This document shows positions 18,959 through 28,660 of a DNA stretch of 64,000 nt, piece by piece (positions within the stretch are counted from its first letter, which is position 1; each line of letters opens with the position of its first letter). The stretch spans positions 1,184,001 through 1,248,000 of the forward strand of contig CAWJSJ010000002.1 of the NCBI GenBank assembly GCA_963845565.1, given 5' to 3'. Both the position numbers and the translations under genes were made by a program. The DNA comes from an uncultured Methylomirabilota bacterium (GTDB lineage: Bacteria > Methylomirabilota > Methylomirabilia > Methylomirabilales > 2-02-FULL-66-22). The notes under the pieces were generated by a model, which worked only from the letters and a program-made list of their open reading frames with translations, did not search any database and had not been told where the DNA came from.

Positions 18959-19900
18959 ATGGGTAAAACGATCGAGATGCGAGTGGCCTGGGGCGATGCC
19001 CTGTTGGAACTCACCAAGACCCACCCCAACGTCATGGTTTTGGACGCGGACCTGGCCAGTTCCACCATGGCGCAGACGGTGGCCTACGAAGCGCCGGAGT
19101 TCTTCCTGAACCTGGGAATCGCCGAGCAGAACATGATGGGCGTGGCCGCCGGGATGGCCACCGTGGGCCTCGTCCCGTGGCTGAGCAGCTTCGCCTGCTT
19201 CCTCGCCAATCGGGCCTTGGACCAGTTGCGCGTGACCGTGGCCCAGCCCAAACTCAATGTCAAGCTGGGCGGTTCCTATAGCGGCATCCTGACGGCGAAG
19301 ACGGGCAAGACCCATATCGACGTGGAGGATATCGCCATCATGCGGGCGATGCCCAACATGGTGGTGGTGGCGCCGGCGGATGGTGTGGAATGTCGCCTGG
19401 CAACCCTGGCCCTCACCGACATGCCCGGGCCGGCGTATCTGCGACTCACGCGCGACGCCACCCCCGTGATCTTCGGCGAGGACTACAAATTCGTCTTCGG
19501 CAAGGTGGTGACGCTCCGCGAGGGGACGGATGTGACCATTTTCGGAACCGGCGTGCAGAGTGTCCGCGCCCTGGAGGCTTGCGATCTTTTGGCGCAGGAG
19601 GGGATCAGCGCTCACCTGGTGCACGTCCACACGCTGAAGCCGATTGACGTGGAGGGAATCGTTGCGGCGGCGAAGAAGACCGGCCGGGTTCTCACCACCG
19701 AAGACCACAACATCATCGGGGGTCTGGGCGGGGCGGTGGCCGAAGTCCTCGGGCAGCACGCCCCCACGCCGATGAAGATCCACGGAATCCAGGACTGCTA
19801 CGGGGAATCCGGCCCGAACGATGCCATCCTGGAGAAGTACGGGATGACGGCGAAACACGTCGCGCAAGCGGCCAAAGCCCTCTTGAAACGCGCGTACTGA
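18959..19900 (+). CDS. transketolase, C-terminal subunit
   Basis: DADLASST, GIAEQNM, GPAYLRL, TLKPID, EDHNIIGGLG. Confidence 0.92.
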   Translation: MGKTIEMRVAWGDALLELTKTHPNVMVLDADLASSTMAQTVAYEAPEFFLNLGIAEQNMMGVAAGMATVGLVPWLSSFACFLANRALDQLRVTVAQPKLNVKLGGSYSGILTAKTGKTHIDVEDIAIMRAMPNMVVVAPADGVECRLATLALTDMPGPAYLRLTRDATPVIFGEDYKFVFGKVVTLREGTDVTIFGTGVQSVRALEACDLLAQEGISAHLVHVHTLKPIDVEGIVAAAKKTGRVLTTEDHNIIGGLGGAVAEVLGQHAPTPMKIHGIQDCYGESGPNDAILEKYGMTAKHVAQAAKALLKRAY

Positions 19901-20043
19901 AAACGTCCGGTCGGTCCCGGGCGACCCGCCACGCCCCGCGGCGCGGGCCGCCCGGGACGCCGGCTTGACATTCCGGCGGCGGTTGCGCACCATACCTCTG
20001 AATCCCCTGGCAGGCACGGGGGCCTCTCCTGCGCAGTCCGAGG

Positions 20044-21216
20044 ATGAGTCCGATGCTTGTGAGATTTCATGGAGTGCGAGGATCCAATCCCACCTGCGAC
20101 GTGCGGACCTGGCATTACGGGGGCAATACCCCGTGCGTCGAGGTCGAGACGCCGGTAGGACATCGGATCGTCTTGGATGGCGGTACCGGCGTCAGATCGC
20201 TGAGCCGCGGGCCGGGCTGGGGGCCCGACGCCGTACCGGTCCATGCATCGTGGCTGATCTCGCATTATCACTGGGACCACATCCAGGGGCTTCCGTTCTT
20301 CCCGCCGCTCTACGAATCGCGAAATCGGTTCGTGTTCTACGGACTTCAACCCGATGGCGGCGGAGGAATGGAGGCGGCGCTCCAAGGCCAGATGTTGCGG
20401 CCCTATTTCCCCGTGAACATGTCTCTGTTGGCTGCGGCGCGGGCCTTCACCGTGGTGGAACCCGGAAGCCGCTGGCGGGTCGAGGACGCCAACGTCGAGG
20501 CCGTTCCGCTCAATCATCCGCAGGGCTGCCTTGGTTTCCGGATCGAGACGCCCCATGGCGTGGTCGCGTACGCGACCGACAACGAACCGGGCAATCCCAA
20601 GGGGGACGATGCGGTCCGGTATCTGGCGCGAGGGGCGGACCTGTTGATCTACGATGCGCAATACTCCCCGGCCATGCTCCGGCAGCGTCACGGCTGGGGG
20701 CATAGCTCCTGGCTGGAAGGGGTGGCCGTCGCCAAGAGCGCGGGCGCGCGGACCCTCGTCCTTTTTCACCACGATCCGGATTCGGACGATGCGGCGGTGG
20801 GGCGATTTGTGCAGATGGCCCGTGAGAAGTGGCCGGAGACGTGGGGGGCCGCAGAGGGGCTCCAGGCCACCGTCCGGACGCCCGCCGTCACCTTCGAGAG
20901 CACCAGCCCCCGCGTCGGTCCCCGGGTGACCACGCGGCTTCCCGTCCGCGTGCGCGGGCGACGGGCGGACGGGTCCGCCATGGATGCCGAAGGATTCCTG
21001 GTCAATCTGACTTTGACCGGGACATACGTGGTGGTTCCGGACACTCCGGAACTCAGCTCCGAGGTCGAGGTGACTCTCCTCGAATCCGATCAGGTGGCCG
21101 CGGCCATGCCCGGCCATGTCGTCCGGGTGGACACCGATCCCGAAACCGGGCTCCCCGGTGTGGGGATCGTGTTCCGGGTGGACGACCAGGTCCGGCGTTT
21201 CACGGTCCGGAAGTAA
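20044..21216 (+). CDS. MBL-fold metallo-hydrolase with C-terminal PilZ-like domain
   Basis: GVRGS, YGGNTPC, SHYHWDHIQG, LIYDAQY, WGHSS, FHHDP; C-terminal PRVGPRV...NLTLTG. Confidence 0.85.
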   Translation: MSPMLVRFHGVRGSNPTCDVRTWHYGGNTPCVEVETPVGHRIVLDGGTGVRSLSRGPGWGPDAVPVHASWLISHYHWDHIQGLPFFPPLYESRNRFVFYGLQPDGGGGMEAALQGQMLRPYFPVNMSLLAAARAFTVVEPGSRWRVEDANVEAVPLNHPQGCLGFRIETPHGVVAYATDNEPGNPKGDDAVRYLARGADLLIYDAQYSPAMLRQRHGWGHSSWLEGVAVAKSAGARTLVLFHHDPDSDDAAVGRFVQMAREKWPETWGAAEGLQATVRTPAVTFESTSPRVGPRVTTRLPVRVRGRRADGSAMDAEGFLVNLTLTGTYVVVPDTPELSSEVEVTLLESDQVAAAMPGHVVRVDTDPETGLPGVGIVFRVDDQVRRFTVRK

Positions 21217-21333
21217 AGGCGGAGAGCGGTAAGGTACAGGACGCAGGGGCGATCGCGGAATAGCCATGGCCGGCCCGTCCGAGGAATGCGCACTTCACAC
21301 AGCGGTGCGTCCTTCCGGCGGGCCGTTCTGCCG

Positions 21334-21487
21334 TAGCAGGATGCTAAGAACTCACTCTACCACAGGCTGCTCAAAAAGGTCCAGATGCCAGGCGGTGCGC
21401 TGAAGCCCGAGCGAGACGTACTAGAGGTACGTCGCAGCGAGTGGCAAGGCACACCAACGCCGCAGATGGGCCTTTTTCAGCAGGCTG
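21334..21487 (-). mobile_element. palindromic MITE-like repeat, copy B (with extra TIR tail)
   Basis: reverse-strand homolog of 1549-1704; supplies the TGA stop of dhaL. Confidence 0.85.
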
Positions 21488-22121
21488 TCGTCAGATATTC
21501 CACGGCCGACTTCCACATCAGAAAGAACGAGGTGGCGCCGGGATCCTGGTGCCCCACGCTGCGCTCGGCGATCCAAGCCGCCCGCCCCATCTTCGCCTTC
21601 ATCGGAATGGTAGCCTGAAGGCCCGCCTCGGCCGCGGCCAGGGACCGCCGGAGCGCCTCGGGGAGCGGCAGCCCCGCGGCCGCCGCGGCCTGCAGGGCCG
21701 TCACGGTCGGGGCCAGGGCGTCCAGGACTGTCTTGTCGCCGAGCTGCGCCTTGCCCCGCTCCTGGATCCCGGTCAGGGCTGCCGCCAGCATCGTGGCCAG
21801 GTCGGCGAGGCCGATCTCGTACTTGCCCTTGGCCTCGCGCCCCGCCCGCATGCACGCGGTGGCGAGCAGCGCGCCGATGGTCGAGGCGGCGGTGCCGTTG
21901 AACGTCAGGCCGCTCTTGGTGAGGATGGTGCCGATGTCTTGATCTCGCAGGGAGTCCAAGACCTTCCGGACGGCCCCGAACCCGATGGTCATGGTGACCC
22001 CCTGGTCCCCGTCGCCCATGGCGCCGTCCAGCTCGCAGAGATAGTCCTTCTGGGCTTCCATGTCCGTCGCCATCTTCTCCAGGATGGCGAGCAGGTCGGC
22101 GGTCGTGATCGTGGCGCGCAT
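21477..22121 (-). CDS. dhaL: dihydroxyacetone/erythrulose kinase L subunit
   Basis: LDGAMGDGDQG, GKAQLGDKTVLDAL, GRA, GHQDPGATS. Confidence 0.9.
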   Translation of the reverse strand: MRATITTADLLAILEKMATDMEAQKDYLCELDGAMGDGDQGVTMTIGFGAVRKVLDSLRDQDIGTILTKSGLTFNGTAASTIGALLATACMRAGREAKGKYEIGLADLATMLAAALTGIQERGKAQLGDKTVLDALAPTVTALQAAAAAGLPLPEALRRSLAAAEAGLQATIPMKAKMGRAAWIAERSVGHQDPGATSFFLMWKSAVEYLTTAC

Positions 22122-22122
22122 A

Positions 22123-23126
22123 TCACACCAACTCAACAAAGGGTGTGGACGCGGGGGCGTCGAGGAGCGTCTTCAGCTCGGCGTCCAGCTTGCACAGGCT
22201 CACCGAGGCGCCGGCCATCTCCATGGAGGTCGCGTACTCGCCGATGTAGGGCCGGTAGATCTTGATGCCCGCGGCCGGTCAGGATCTGGTGGACCTTCCG
22301 GTACATCGACGTAGAGCTCCTCCTTCGGGGTGGCGCCCAGGCCGTTCACCAGGACCGATACCTCATCCCCCTTCGCCAGATCCATGTCCGCCAGGATCGT
22401 CTCCATCAGGTTGGCGGTGATCTTGTCGGCGGGCTCGAGCTTGCCGCGGCGAACCCCCGGTTCGCCGTGGATGCCCATGCCGATCTCCATCTCGTCGTCG
22501 CCGATGGTGAAGGTCGGGCGGCCCGCGGCGGGCACGGTGCAGGGCGAGAGGGCCACGCCCATGGAGCGGGTGTTGGCGATGGCCTTCTCGGCGATGCGCT
22601 TCACCTCGGCGAGCGGCGCCTTGGTCTCGGCCTTGGCCCCCGTCAGCTTGTAGGCGTAGAAGATCCCGGCCACGCCTCGTCGCTTGGCTTCCTGGCCCTT
22701 GGGGGCGGAGGCCACGTCGTCGGCGGCCAGGACCGTCTCGACCTGGATGCCCTCGGCCTCGGCCATCTCGGCGGCCATGCCGAAGTTCAGCACGTCCCCC
22801 TGATAGTTGCCGAACAGGTAGAGGACGCCGGCGCCCCCGTTGATCGCCTGGGTCGCGGCCAGCATCTGGTCGACGGTGGGGGAGGAGAAGACGTTGCCGA
22901 TGGAGCAGCCGTCCACGAGGCCCTTGCCGACGTAGCCCATGAAGACGGGCAGGTGGCCGGAGCCGCCGCCGGTGGCGATGCCGACCTTGCCCTTGATCGG
23001 GGCGTCGGCCCGGATCACGGCGCGCTTGTCGGCGCCCACCAGCTTGAGCTTGTCGGGGTGGGCCAGGATGATGCCGTCCAGCATCTCGTCCACGAAGGCG
23101 AACGGATCGTTGATGATCTTCTTCAC
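22123..23126 (-). CDS. dhaK: dihydroxyacetone/erythrulose kinase K subunit (frameshifts near 22280-22310)
   Basis: MKKIINDP, GGGSGHLP, GMGIHGEPG, NGLGATP; C-terminus SMEMAGAS...APASTPF in another frame. Confidence 0.88.
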
Positions 23127-23289
23127 GGGAGGCCTCCTTTGCGCGAGAGTTCAACGACGAACACGGCCAGGTTCCCTTCGACCACGGGCCACGGGTCTCT
23201 ATTGCAGTACCGTCAGCCGCATCATGACCCGCAAGTTACGCACAGAACAAGGCGCGACTCCAACGACAGGTGTCGCGCGCCTGATCCGG

Positions 23290-24138
23290 TTAGTCCTTGG
23301 GGTAGTCCGCGCCTAGACTCGTCTGTTGCCAGGTGTCGATTTCTTCGAGCTTCTCCGTCAAGCTCTTGCGCACGGTGTCAAGTCCCATGGCGCCGAGGAC
23401 GAGATGCCGCGGCGGCTTTTCCGCCTGCACTGCCTTGACGATGGCGGCAGCCGCGCGGACGGGGTCGCCGGGCTGCGTGCCGCTCGCGCCGGCCAGCGTC
23501 CGGAGTCGGACATTCACCGTGGATTCGTAGTCGCTGGACCGACTCAGGTTCTGCCGGAGCGACCGCCCCGCAAAGTCCGTGCGAAACGGGCCGGGCTCGA
23601 CGCACATGACGTGGATTCCGAGGGGGCCGACCTCTTTCGCGAGCGCGTCGGACAGCCCCTCGACCGCGTGCTTGGTCGCCGAGTAATAGCCCGAGCCGGG
23701 GAACCCGACGAACCCGGCGACCGATGAGATGTTGACGATGTGCCCCCGCCGGCGCGCCCGCATGCCGGGTAGCACGGCGCGAGTCATGGCGGCAAGCCCG
23801 AAGACGTTGGCTTCGAACAGGGCGCGGACGGCCACGTCCTCACCCTCTTCGACCGAGGACTGGTAGCCGTAGCCGGCGTTATTCACGAGGACATCGATAG
23901 ACCCGAAACGGCCCACCGTTGCTTGCACAGCCGCCGCGATTTGTGCCGGCTTGGTCACATCGAGCGCAAGCGCCAAGCCGCGCCCATCATGGCTGGCCAC
24001 CAGCCCGGCGACCTGGCTGGGGTCGCGTGCCGTCACCGCGGCGCGCCACCCCCGCTCGAGCACGAGCGTCGCGAGCGCCCGGCCGAAGCCACTCGAACAG
24101 CCCGTGATGAACCATACCGGGACGTGCTCTGATCCCAT
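23290..24138 (-). CDS. short-chain dehydrogenase/reductase
   Basis: TGCSSGFG, NNAG, YSATK, EPGPFRT. Confidence 0.92.
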   Translation of the reverse strand: MGSEHVPVWFITGCSSGFGRALATLVLERGWRAAVTARDPSQVAGLVASHDGRGLALALDVTKPAQIAAAVQATVGRFGSIDVLVNNAGYGYQSSVEEGEDVAVRALFEANVFGLAAMTRAVLPGMRARRRGHIVNISSVAGFVGFPGSGYYSATKHAVEGLSDALAKEVGPLGIHVMCVEPGPFRTDFAGRSLRQNLSRSSDYESTVNVRLRTLAGASGTQPGDPVRAAAAIVKAVQAEKPPRHLVLGAMGLDTVRKSLTEKLEEIDTWQQTSLGADYPKD

Positions 24139-25086
24139 GGCTGCCCCCTCTTCTGAAAACCTCGTTGACCGAGCCGCGTTTGCGTTCGGTATCTTATCAT
24201 GTCCTCTGAACTGTTCAAGGGTGCTGTCGGTCCGCGCCGAGTCCCTGCCCCGACACTCATCGCCTACGTGGTTGGAGGTCACGCCCAAACGCGCTGTCCT
24301 AGTCGTATCGAGGGATGACTTCGTTTTCTGGTCCCGCTCCAGCCAATCCGCGTTTCGTTCCTGCGCGTTCTTCCGGCATGGTACTCCAGTCCCAGGCGGC
24401 TCTCTGGTTAAGCGGACAGCGTCCAGGGCCGTCGCTACCAAACAGCAACGCGGCATCCGGCTTGGCCGCGGCGTATGGGTCCCGCGCGACGCCGTGACGG
24501 GAGTGGTAATCCTCTCGAACCGGTGCGATTTCGCTATTGTCCTTGGCAGACCACGTGCCTACCGCGGCAGAACCGGAAGACGAGTCTGAAGGAGACCGGG
24601 GGATCACTTTGCGCGATGGCAGACCCGACGGGAGTGGGACAAATTTCCGTTATAGAAAAGGGGGGGAATGTAAAAGGGGATCCGGCGTGACCGTGTCCGT
24701 TGCCGTCGGTCTCCGGGACCGCGCCCGGGGACTCTCTCATAACCCATCGTCGTGGTGCCATCCGGTCGTTGCGCTGCCTTGCGGGACCCACCCGGCCGTG
24801 TCCGGGCTGCTGAGAGCGGGACCGGGGTCCGCACACCCCTCGACCGGAGCGCCGGGCGGACCCTGATACTGGCCGGCTGCACCCACCGCAAAGCGAACTG
24901 AATTCGTTGCCGAGGCGGGAGGTGTTCGGTACATGCCGAGCGAAATGTGCACCACGGAACCGGAAGGATCGGCCACCCATGAGCGAGGCCCGGATTGAGG
25001 AAGCGTGGCCAGTCGGCCGACTCACACGTCCGGGGAAACGAATCCCCCTGCGACGCGGCAGGACGAATCCTCAGGTGTGTTTCTCT

Positions 25087-26025
25087 CTATCCCGGCTGCA
25101 CCTCAGCCTTCAACTTCCTCTTCAGCCGCTCGGGGTGGCACACGACGTAACACTTGGAACAGGCGTTGTAAGTAAAGGCCCCCCGGTATGCGCGGTCCCA
25201 TGGGAAACGCTTGTCACCCGCCAAGAGGAACTCCTCCCGCACCCGCTCGGCATCATCCTCTTCATCGAAGGCCGGCATGGGGACATCGGAAAGCCCGTAG
25301 CAATGATCGTCCATCACCAACCCGCCGCACGCCCATTGGCAGCGGGCATATGACAGCCAGCCGTACCGGTATTCCTTGCCCGCCATGGTCATGACCCGAT
25401 CACGGTCGGGCCGGATGGCCTGGACGGGGCAGATGGACTCGCACGGGCGGGGACAGCCGGCGCACGGATCCTCGTCAAGCATCGGGTCCGGCTCCAAAGG
25501 CGCGGCGGTCACCACGGTGATCAACTGGACGGCGCCACCATATTCCGGGGTCACCAGAAATCCGCCGCGACCCAGGCGCCCCAGCCCCGACGCCATGGCC
25601 ACGTGTCGGTGTGAAATCTCCCCCACGCCCTTCTCCTGGTAGTAATATTGGTTCGCCGGCACCGGGAGGCTGATGTAGCCCAGATCTTCCAGATAATTGG
25701 CCAGGTCCAGCGCCATGTCGTCCAGCCGCGCCTTGGGCTCCAGCCCGGCGAAGCGAGAAAAGGGCATCGGGCTGACCCCCCGGAGATGGAGCTGCTGCAC
25801 GCCGCGGTTGATCCGATAGGCCATGGAAACCAAGCTCTTGGCCTCGGGAAGCAGCCGGCGCGGGTGCAGGTCGGGCGGCGCGCCGTCCATGCGCTCGATG
25901 GGGGCGATCCCCACCAGATGGGCGCCCAGCGCCCGCGCCTTGTCTTTGACCTCCCGGGTGAGGAGGTCCTGGGGAGGCCGCAGGAGATCCTTGATCGGCG
26001 CTCCGCCACCACGCTCTGTGCTCAT
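25087..26025 (-). CDS. QueG/reductive-dehalogenase-like 4Fe-4S (putative corrinoid) protein
   Basis: GAHLVGIA, SHRHVAMASGLG, TPEYG, CAGCPRPCESICP, CSKCYVVC. Confidence 0.75.
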   Translation of the reverse strand: MSTERGGGAPIKDLLRPPQDLLTREVKDKARALGAHLVGIAPIERMDGAPPDLHPRRLLPEAKSLVSMAYRINRGVQQLHLRGVSPMPFSRFAGLEPKARLDDMALDLANYLEDLGYISLPVPANQYYYQEKGVGEISHRHVAMASGLGRLGRGGFLVTPEYGGAVQLITVVTAAPLEPDPMLDEDPCAGCPRPCESICPVQAIRPDRDRVMTMAGKEYRYGWLSYARCQWACGGLVMDDHCYGLSDVPMPAFDEEDDAERVREEFLLAGDKRFPWDRAYRGAFTYNACSKCYVVCHPERLKRKLKAEVQPG

Positions 26026-26055
26026 CTTGTCCTCGCGTTCCTCGGATTGCGCAGG

Positions 26056-26730
26056 TTAGACAATCTCGGCACTCCGCCCGCGCGCCACCATGTGCTGCGC
26101 CTTATGCCCGATCCGCTGTCCGAGAACACGAGCGGATTTCAGGGCGGCCAACTGATACTCGACGGGGTTGTACATGCTGAGCCCCGCCCGCTCCAGCAAG
26201 CCGTACTGGGCGACAACCCCGCTGTATTCGCAGGCCTCCAAAGAATCCTCGCAACCCACACAGGGACTCGCGCCCGCAGCGGTCACGCGGCCCAGCGCGT
26301 TTATCCCGTTGTTCCGCATGAACTGGAGCAGCGCGTCGGCCAGCGTGCCGGCCAGCTCCGGGTTCGCGCCGACGACCACGGCCGCCCCCACCTTGCCTCG
26401 GGTAAGCTGGCGATGATGGCGAAGCGACCAGAACCGCTCCATCAGTATCTTGGTGGAGGCGTCGATCATCCCGGAAAAGGCCCACCCGCCGATCACGAGG
26501 GCGGTCGCATCAAGGATCTTGTCGCTGAGACCCTTCCAGTCGTCCTCGATGGTACAGACGTTATCAGTCCGGCAGGCGTTGCAGGCCTTGCACGGGCGGA
26601 TCTCCAGTGCGTGCAAGTGCACCAGTTCGTGTGACAGGCGGGAGGCGGACAAGACCTCCTGGACGAGCGTGTCCACCTTTCCCCCCTTCTGGGGCGAGGC
26701 GCTGATCCCCAGCACCTTCGGCTTCATCAT
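26056..26730 (-). CDS. flavodoxin-fold iron-sulfur flavoprotein (NADPH-dependent FMN reductase family)
   Basis: GISASPQKGG, CKACNAC...C..DD, KILMERF; GAGGAG RBS. Confidence 0.85.
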   Translation of the reverse strand: MMKPKVLGISASPQKGGKVDTLVQEVLSASRLSHELVHLHALEIRPCKACNACRTDNVCTIEDDWKGLSDKILDATALVIGGWAFSGMIDASTKILMERFWSLRHHRQLTRGKVGAAVVVGANPELAGTLADALLQFMRNNGINALGRVTAAGASPCVGCEDSLEACEYSGVVAQYGLLERAGLSMYNPVEYQLAALKSARVLGQRIGHKAQHMVARGRSAEIV

Positions 26731-27141
26731 CTTTCTCCTCTCGCCAGGCCGCACACAGCGAAGGCCCCCGGGGGGTTGAACAGGGAAAGGCTCTTCGGGT
26801 GAGGCTCTGCCGGACGCACTTCACGCGGCCTCACGCAGGAGCCGCGGGGTAAAGTAGACCATATCGAGGGTCTGGCCGTCAAGGGCCGGAGGGGGTCGGC
26901 CCTGGTTGTAAGAGGTGAAGGAGCGCGCCAGGCACCGATGGGATTTGGCCACAGATTCGAGATGTTGCGAGAGGGTGGCACATAGTGAAATTGGACGCGC
27001 CCCCCACGCGCTCCGCTCCGGCTGTTATTCGCCCCACTGACGTTCGCGGCCTTTCACACTTGACCGAACGCACACCCGTGGCTTCGCCATTGCGGGAATC
27101 CCCGACGAGCCGTGCGGGAGCCGTCGGGGGCGCGCAAATCT

Positions 27142-27580
27142 CTACCCCTTGAAGAAGAACGTGGCCGGATGCGAGGTGTACGGAGACCGCAGGTGTTGGG
27201 CGTGGGTCTGGCGAGCAGGGATATTCCCCATATTGTTTTTCGCAAGCCGTACGCCCATGAAGGCCGGCGCGAGGCCGACCGTCCCGATGACCCAGCATTC
27301 TTCGCAGATGATCTTCCAATTCTCCTGGGCGATCTCCACGCGCTCGGGCTGTTTCTTTCCGGCGGCCGACCGGAACAGCTCCGTGGCGCGGACCACTTCC
27401 GGGACCACCGGTTTCTTGCCCTCGGCGCCGTTCGTCGCATACCAGCATGCGAACGGCATGCCGAGATGCGTATCCATCGGGATCGGATCCACCGGCAGCA
27501 CCAGGCGCGAGAAGAGGTAGATGTTCTCCGAGCCGGTGACGGACCAGAGCAGGATGTGATGCTCGAGGTTATGCGACTCC
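27142..27580 (-). pseudogene. 3' remnant of a family-5 ABC substrate-binding protein
   Basis: C-terminal-like segment WYATNGAEGKKP...ERVEIAQENWKI...WVIGTVG...NNMGNIP...HPATFFFK with no N-terminus or RBS. Confidence 0.65.
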
Positions 27581-27675
27581 TGCCAGGTTTCCTCGCCGCT
27601 GATCGTCGGTGGGGCGACCTGCCGTGGCGGCTAGGGACGCCTAGGTCGCCGGCCGCCGCCGTTTCCTGGTTCCTC

Positions 27676-28563
27676 CTACAGCAGGCCGGTTGCCTGTAAT
27701 GCTGCCCGGATGAGCGGCTTCCGCTCCGCGCTGGTGGGCGGCATGGGGGGCCGGGGCAGCCCGGCGGGGCGCCCGGTCAGCTCCATGCAGTACTTGACGT
27801 TGGCCGGCAGGTTGTCGGTGAAGATGGCGTTCCAGAGCGGCAGCAGCTTCTCGTGCAGCGCCCGACCCCGTGCGTGGTCGCCGTTCTGCACGGCGTCCCA
27901 CATCTCCATGTACAGCGTCGGTACGGCGGAGAGCATGGCGGCGATGGCTCCGTGCGAGCCGAGGACGAAGGACGGGTACATGAGGGCGTCCACAGCGCTC
28001 ATGATTCGGCCGCGATTGCCGAGCAGGATGAGGAGATCCGCCAGCATCTTCATATCGCCGGCGCTCTGCTTGACGCCGATGACTCCCTCCACGTTGTCGA
28101 TGATTCGGGTGAGGAGCTGGGGGGAGAGATAGCACCACGGCACGACGTTGTAAATCAGGATGGGGAGCCCGGTCCCCTTCGCCAGCGCCTCGAAGTGCTT
28201 GAGCATAGTGTCGTCGTCGGGCCGAAAGAGGTAGTGGGGGGGCGTGATCTGGAGCGCTGCCACGCCGAGATCCTTGACCGCCAGGCCGCGCTCGATGGCC
28301 AAGGCGGTGCTGTCGGTGATGATGCCGGTGATGACGGGGATGCGGCCCTTGGCCTCCTTGACAACGATTTCCGTGATGCGGCGGGTCTCCGCCGTGGTCA
28401 GAGTGTGCCCCTCGCCCGTGCTGCCGCAAATGGCCACGCCGTGGACCTTGGCGACGTCGAACATGTAATGCGCGTCGGCCTGGAGGGCGGCCTCGTCGAT
28501 CGTGCCATCAGCACGGAACGGGGTCGTCATGGGAGGAACAATACCGAAGATATGCTCGTACAT
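27676..28563 (-). CDS. dihydrodipicolinate synthase / NAL-family lyase
   Basis: TTPF, GSTGEG, PPHY, IYNV, GVKQS. Confidence 0.9.
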   Translation of the reverse strand: MYEHIFGIVPPMTTPFRADGTIDEAALQADAHYMFDVAKVHGVAICGSTGEGHTLTTAETRRITEIVVKEAKGRIPVITGIITDSTALAIERGLAVKDLGVAALQITPPHYLFRPDDDTMLKHFEALAKGTGLPILIYNVVPWCYLSPQLLTRIIDNVEGVIGVKQSAGDMKMLADLLILLGNRGRIMSAVDALMYPSFVLGSHGAIAAMLSAVPTLYMEMWDAVQNGDHARGRALHEKLLPLWNAIFTDNLPANVKYCMELTGRPAGLPRPPMPPTSAERKPLIRAALQATGLL

Positions 28564-28660
28564 GCCGTCTCCTTTCGTCGAGTCGGGGCTGAAGCGGATC
28601 CGTCCCGTCGGGTCGCAGCCCCGTCATGCCCAGGCGGGAACGCATCGAGAACTCGGTGTG

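Noticed and set aside
24660..24700. TAAAAGGGGATCCGGCGTGA resembling the start of a cobalamin riboswitch
   Set aside because: Downstream conserved elements (AATCC, CCCGC..CTGT, GGGAAG, B12 box) are missing and no sense-strand gene follows.
26760..26850. GGTTGAACAGGGAA and hairpins upstream of the flavoprotein/QueG-like genes as a riboswitch
   Set aside because: The B12-like fragment is on the wrong strand, and the minus-strand stem matches no aptamer I can recognise. An Rfam scan would be needed.
27676..28563. Call as dapA
   Set aside because: GSTGE and YNVVPW differ from the DapA GTTGE / YNVPSRT pattern, and the IclR context suggests a catabolic lyase.
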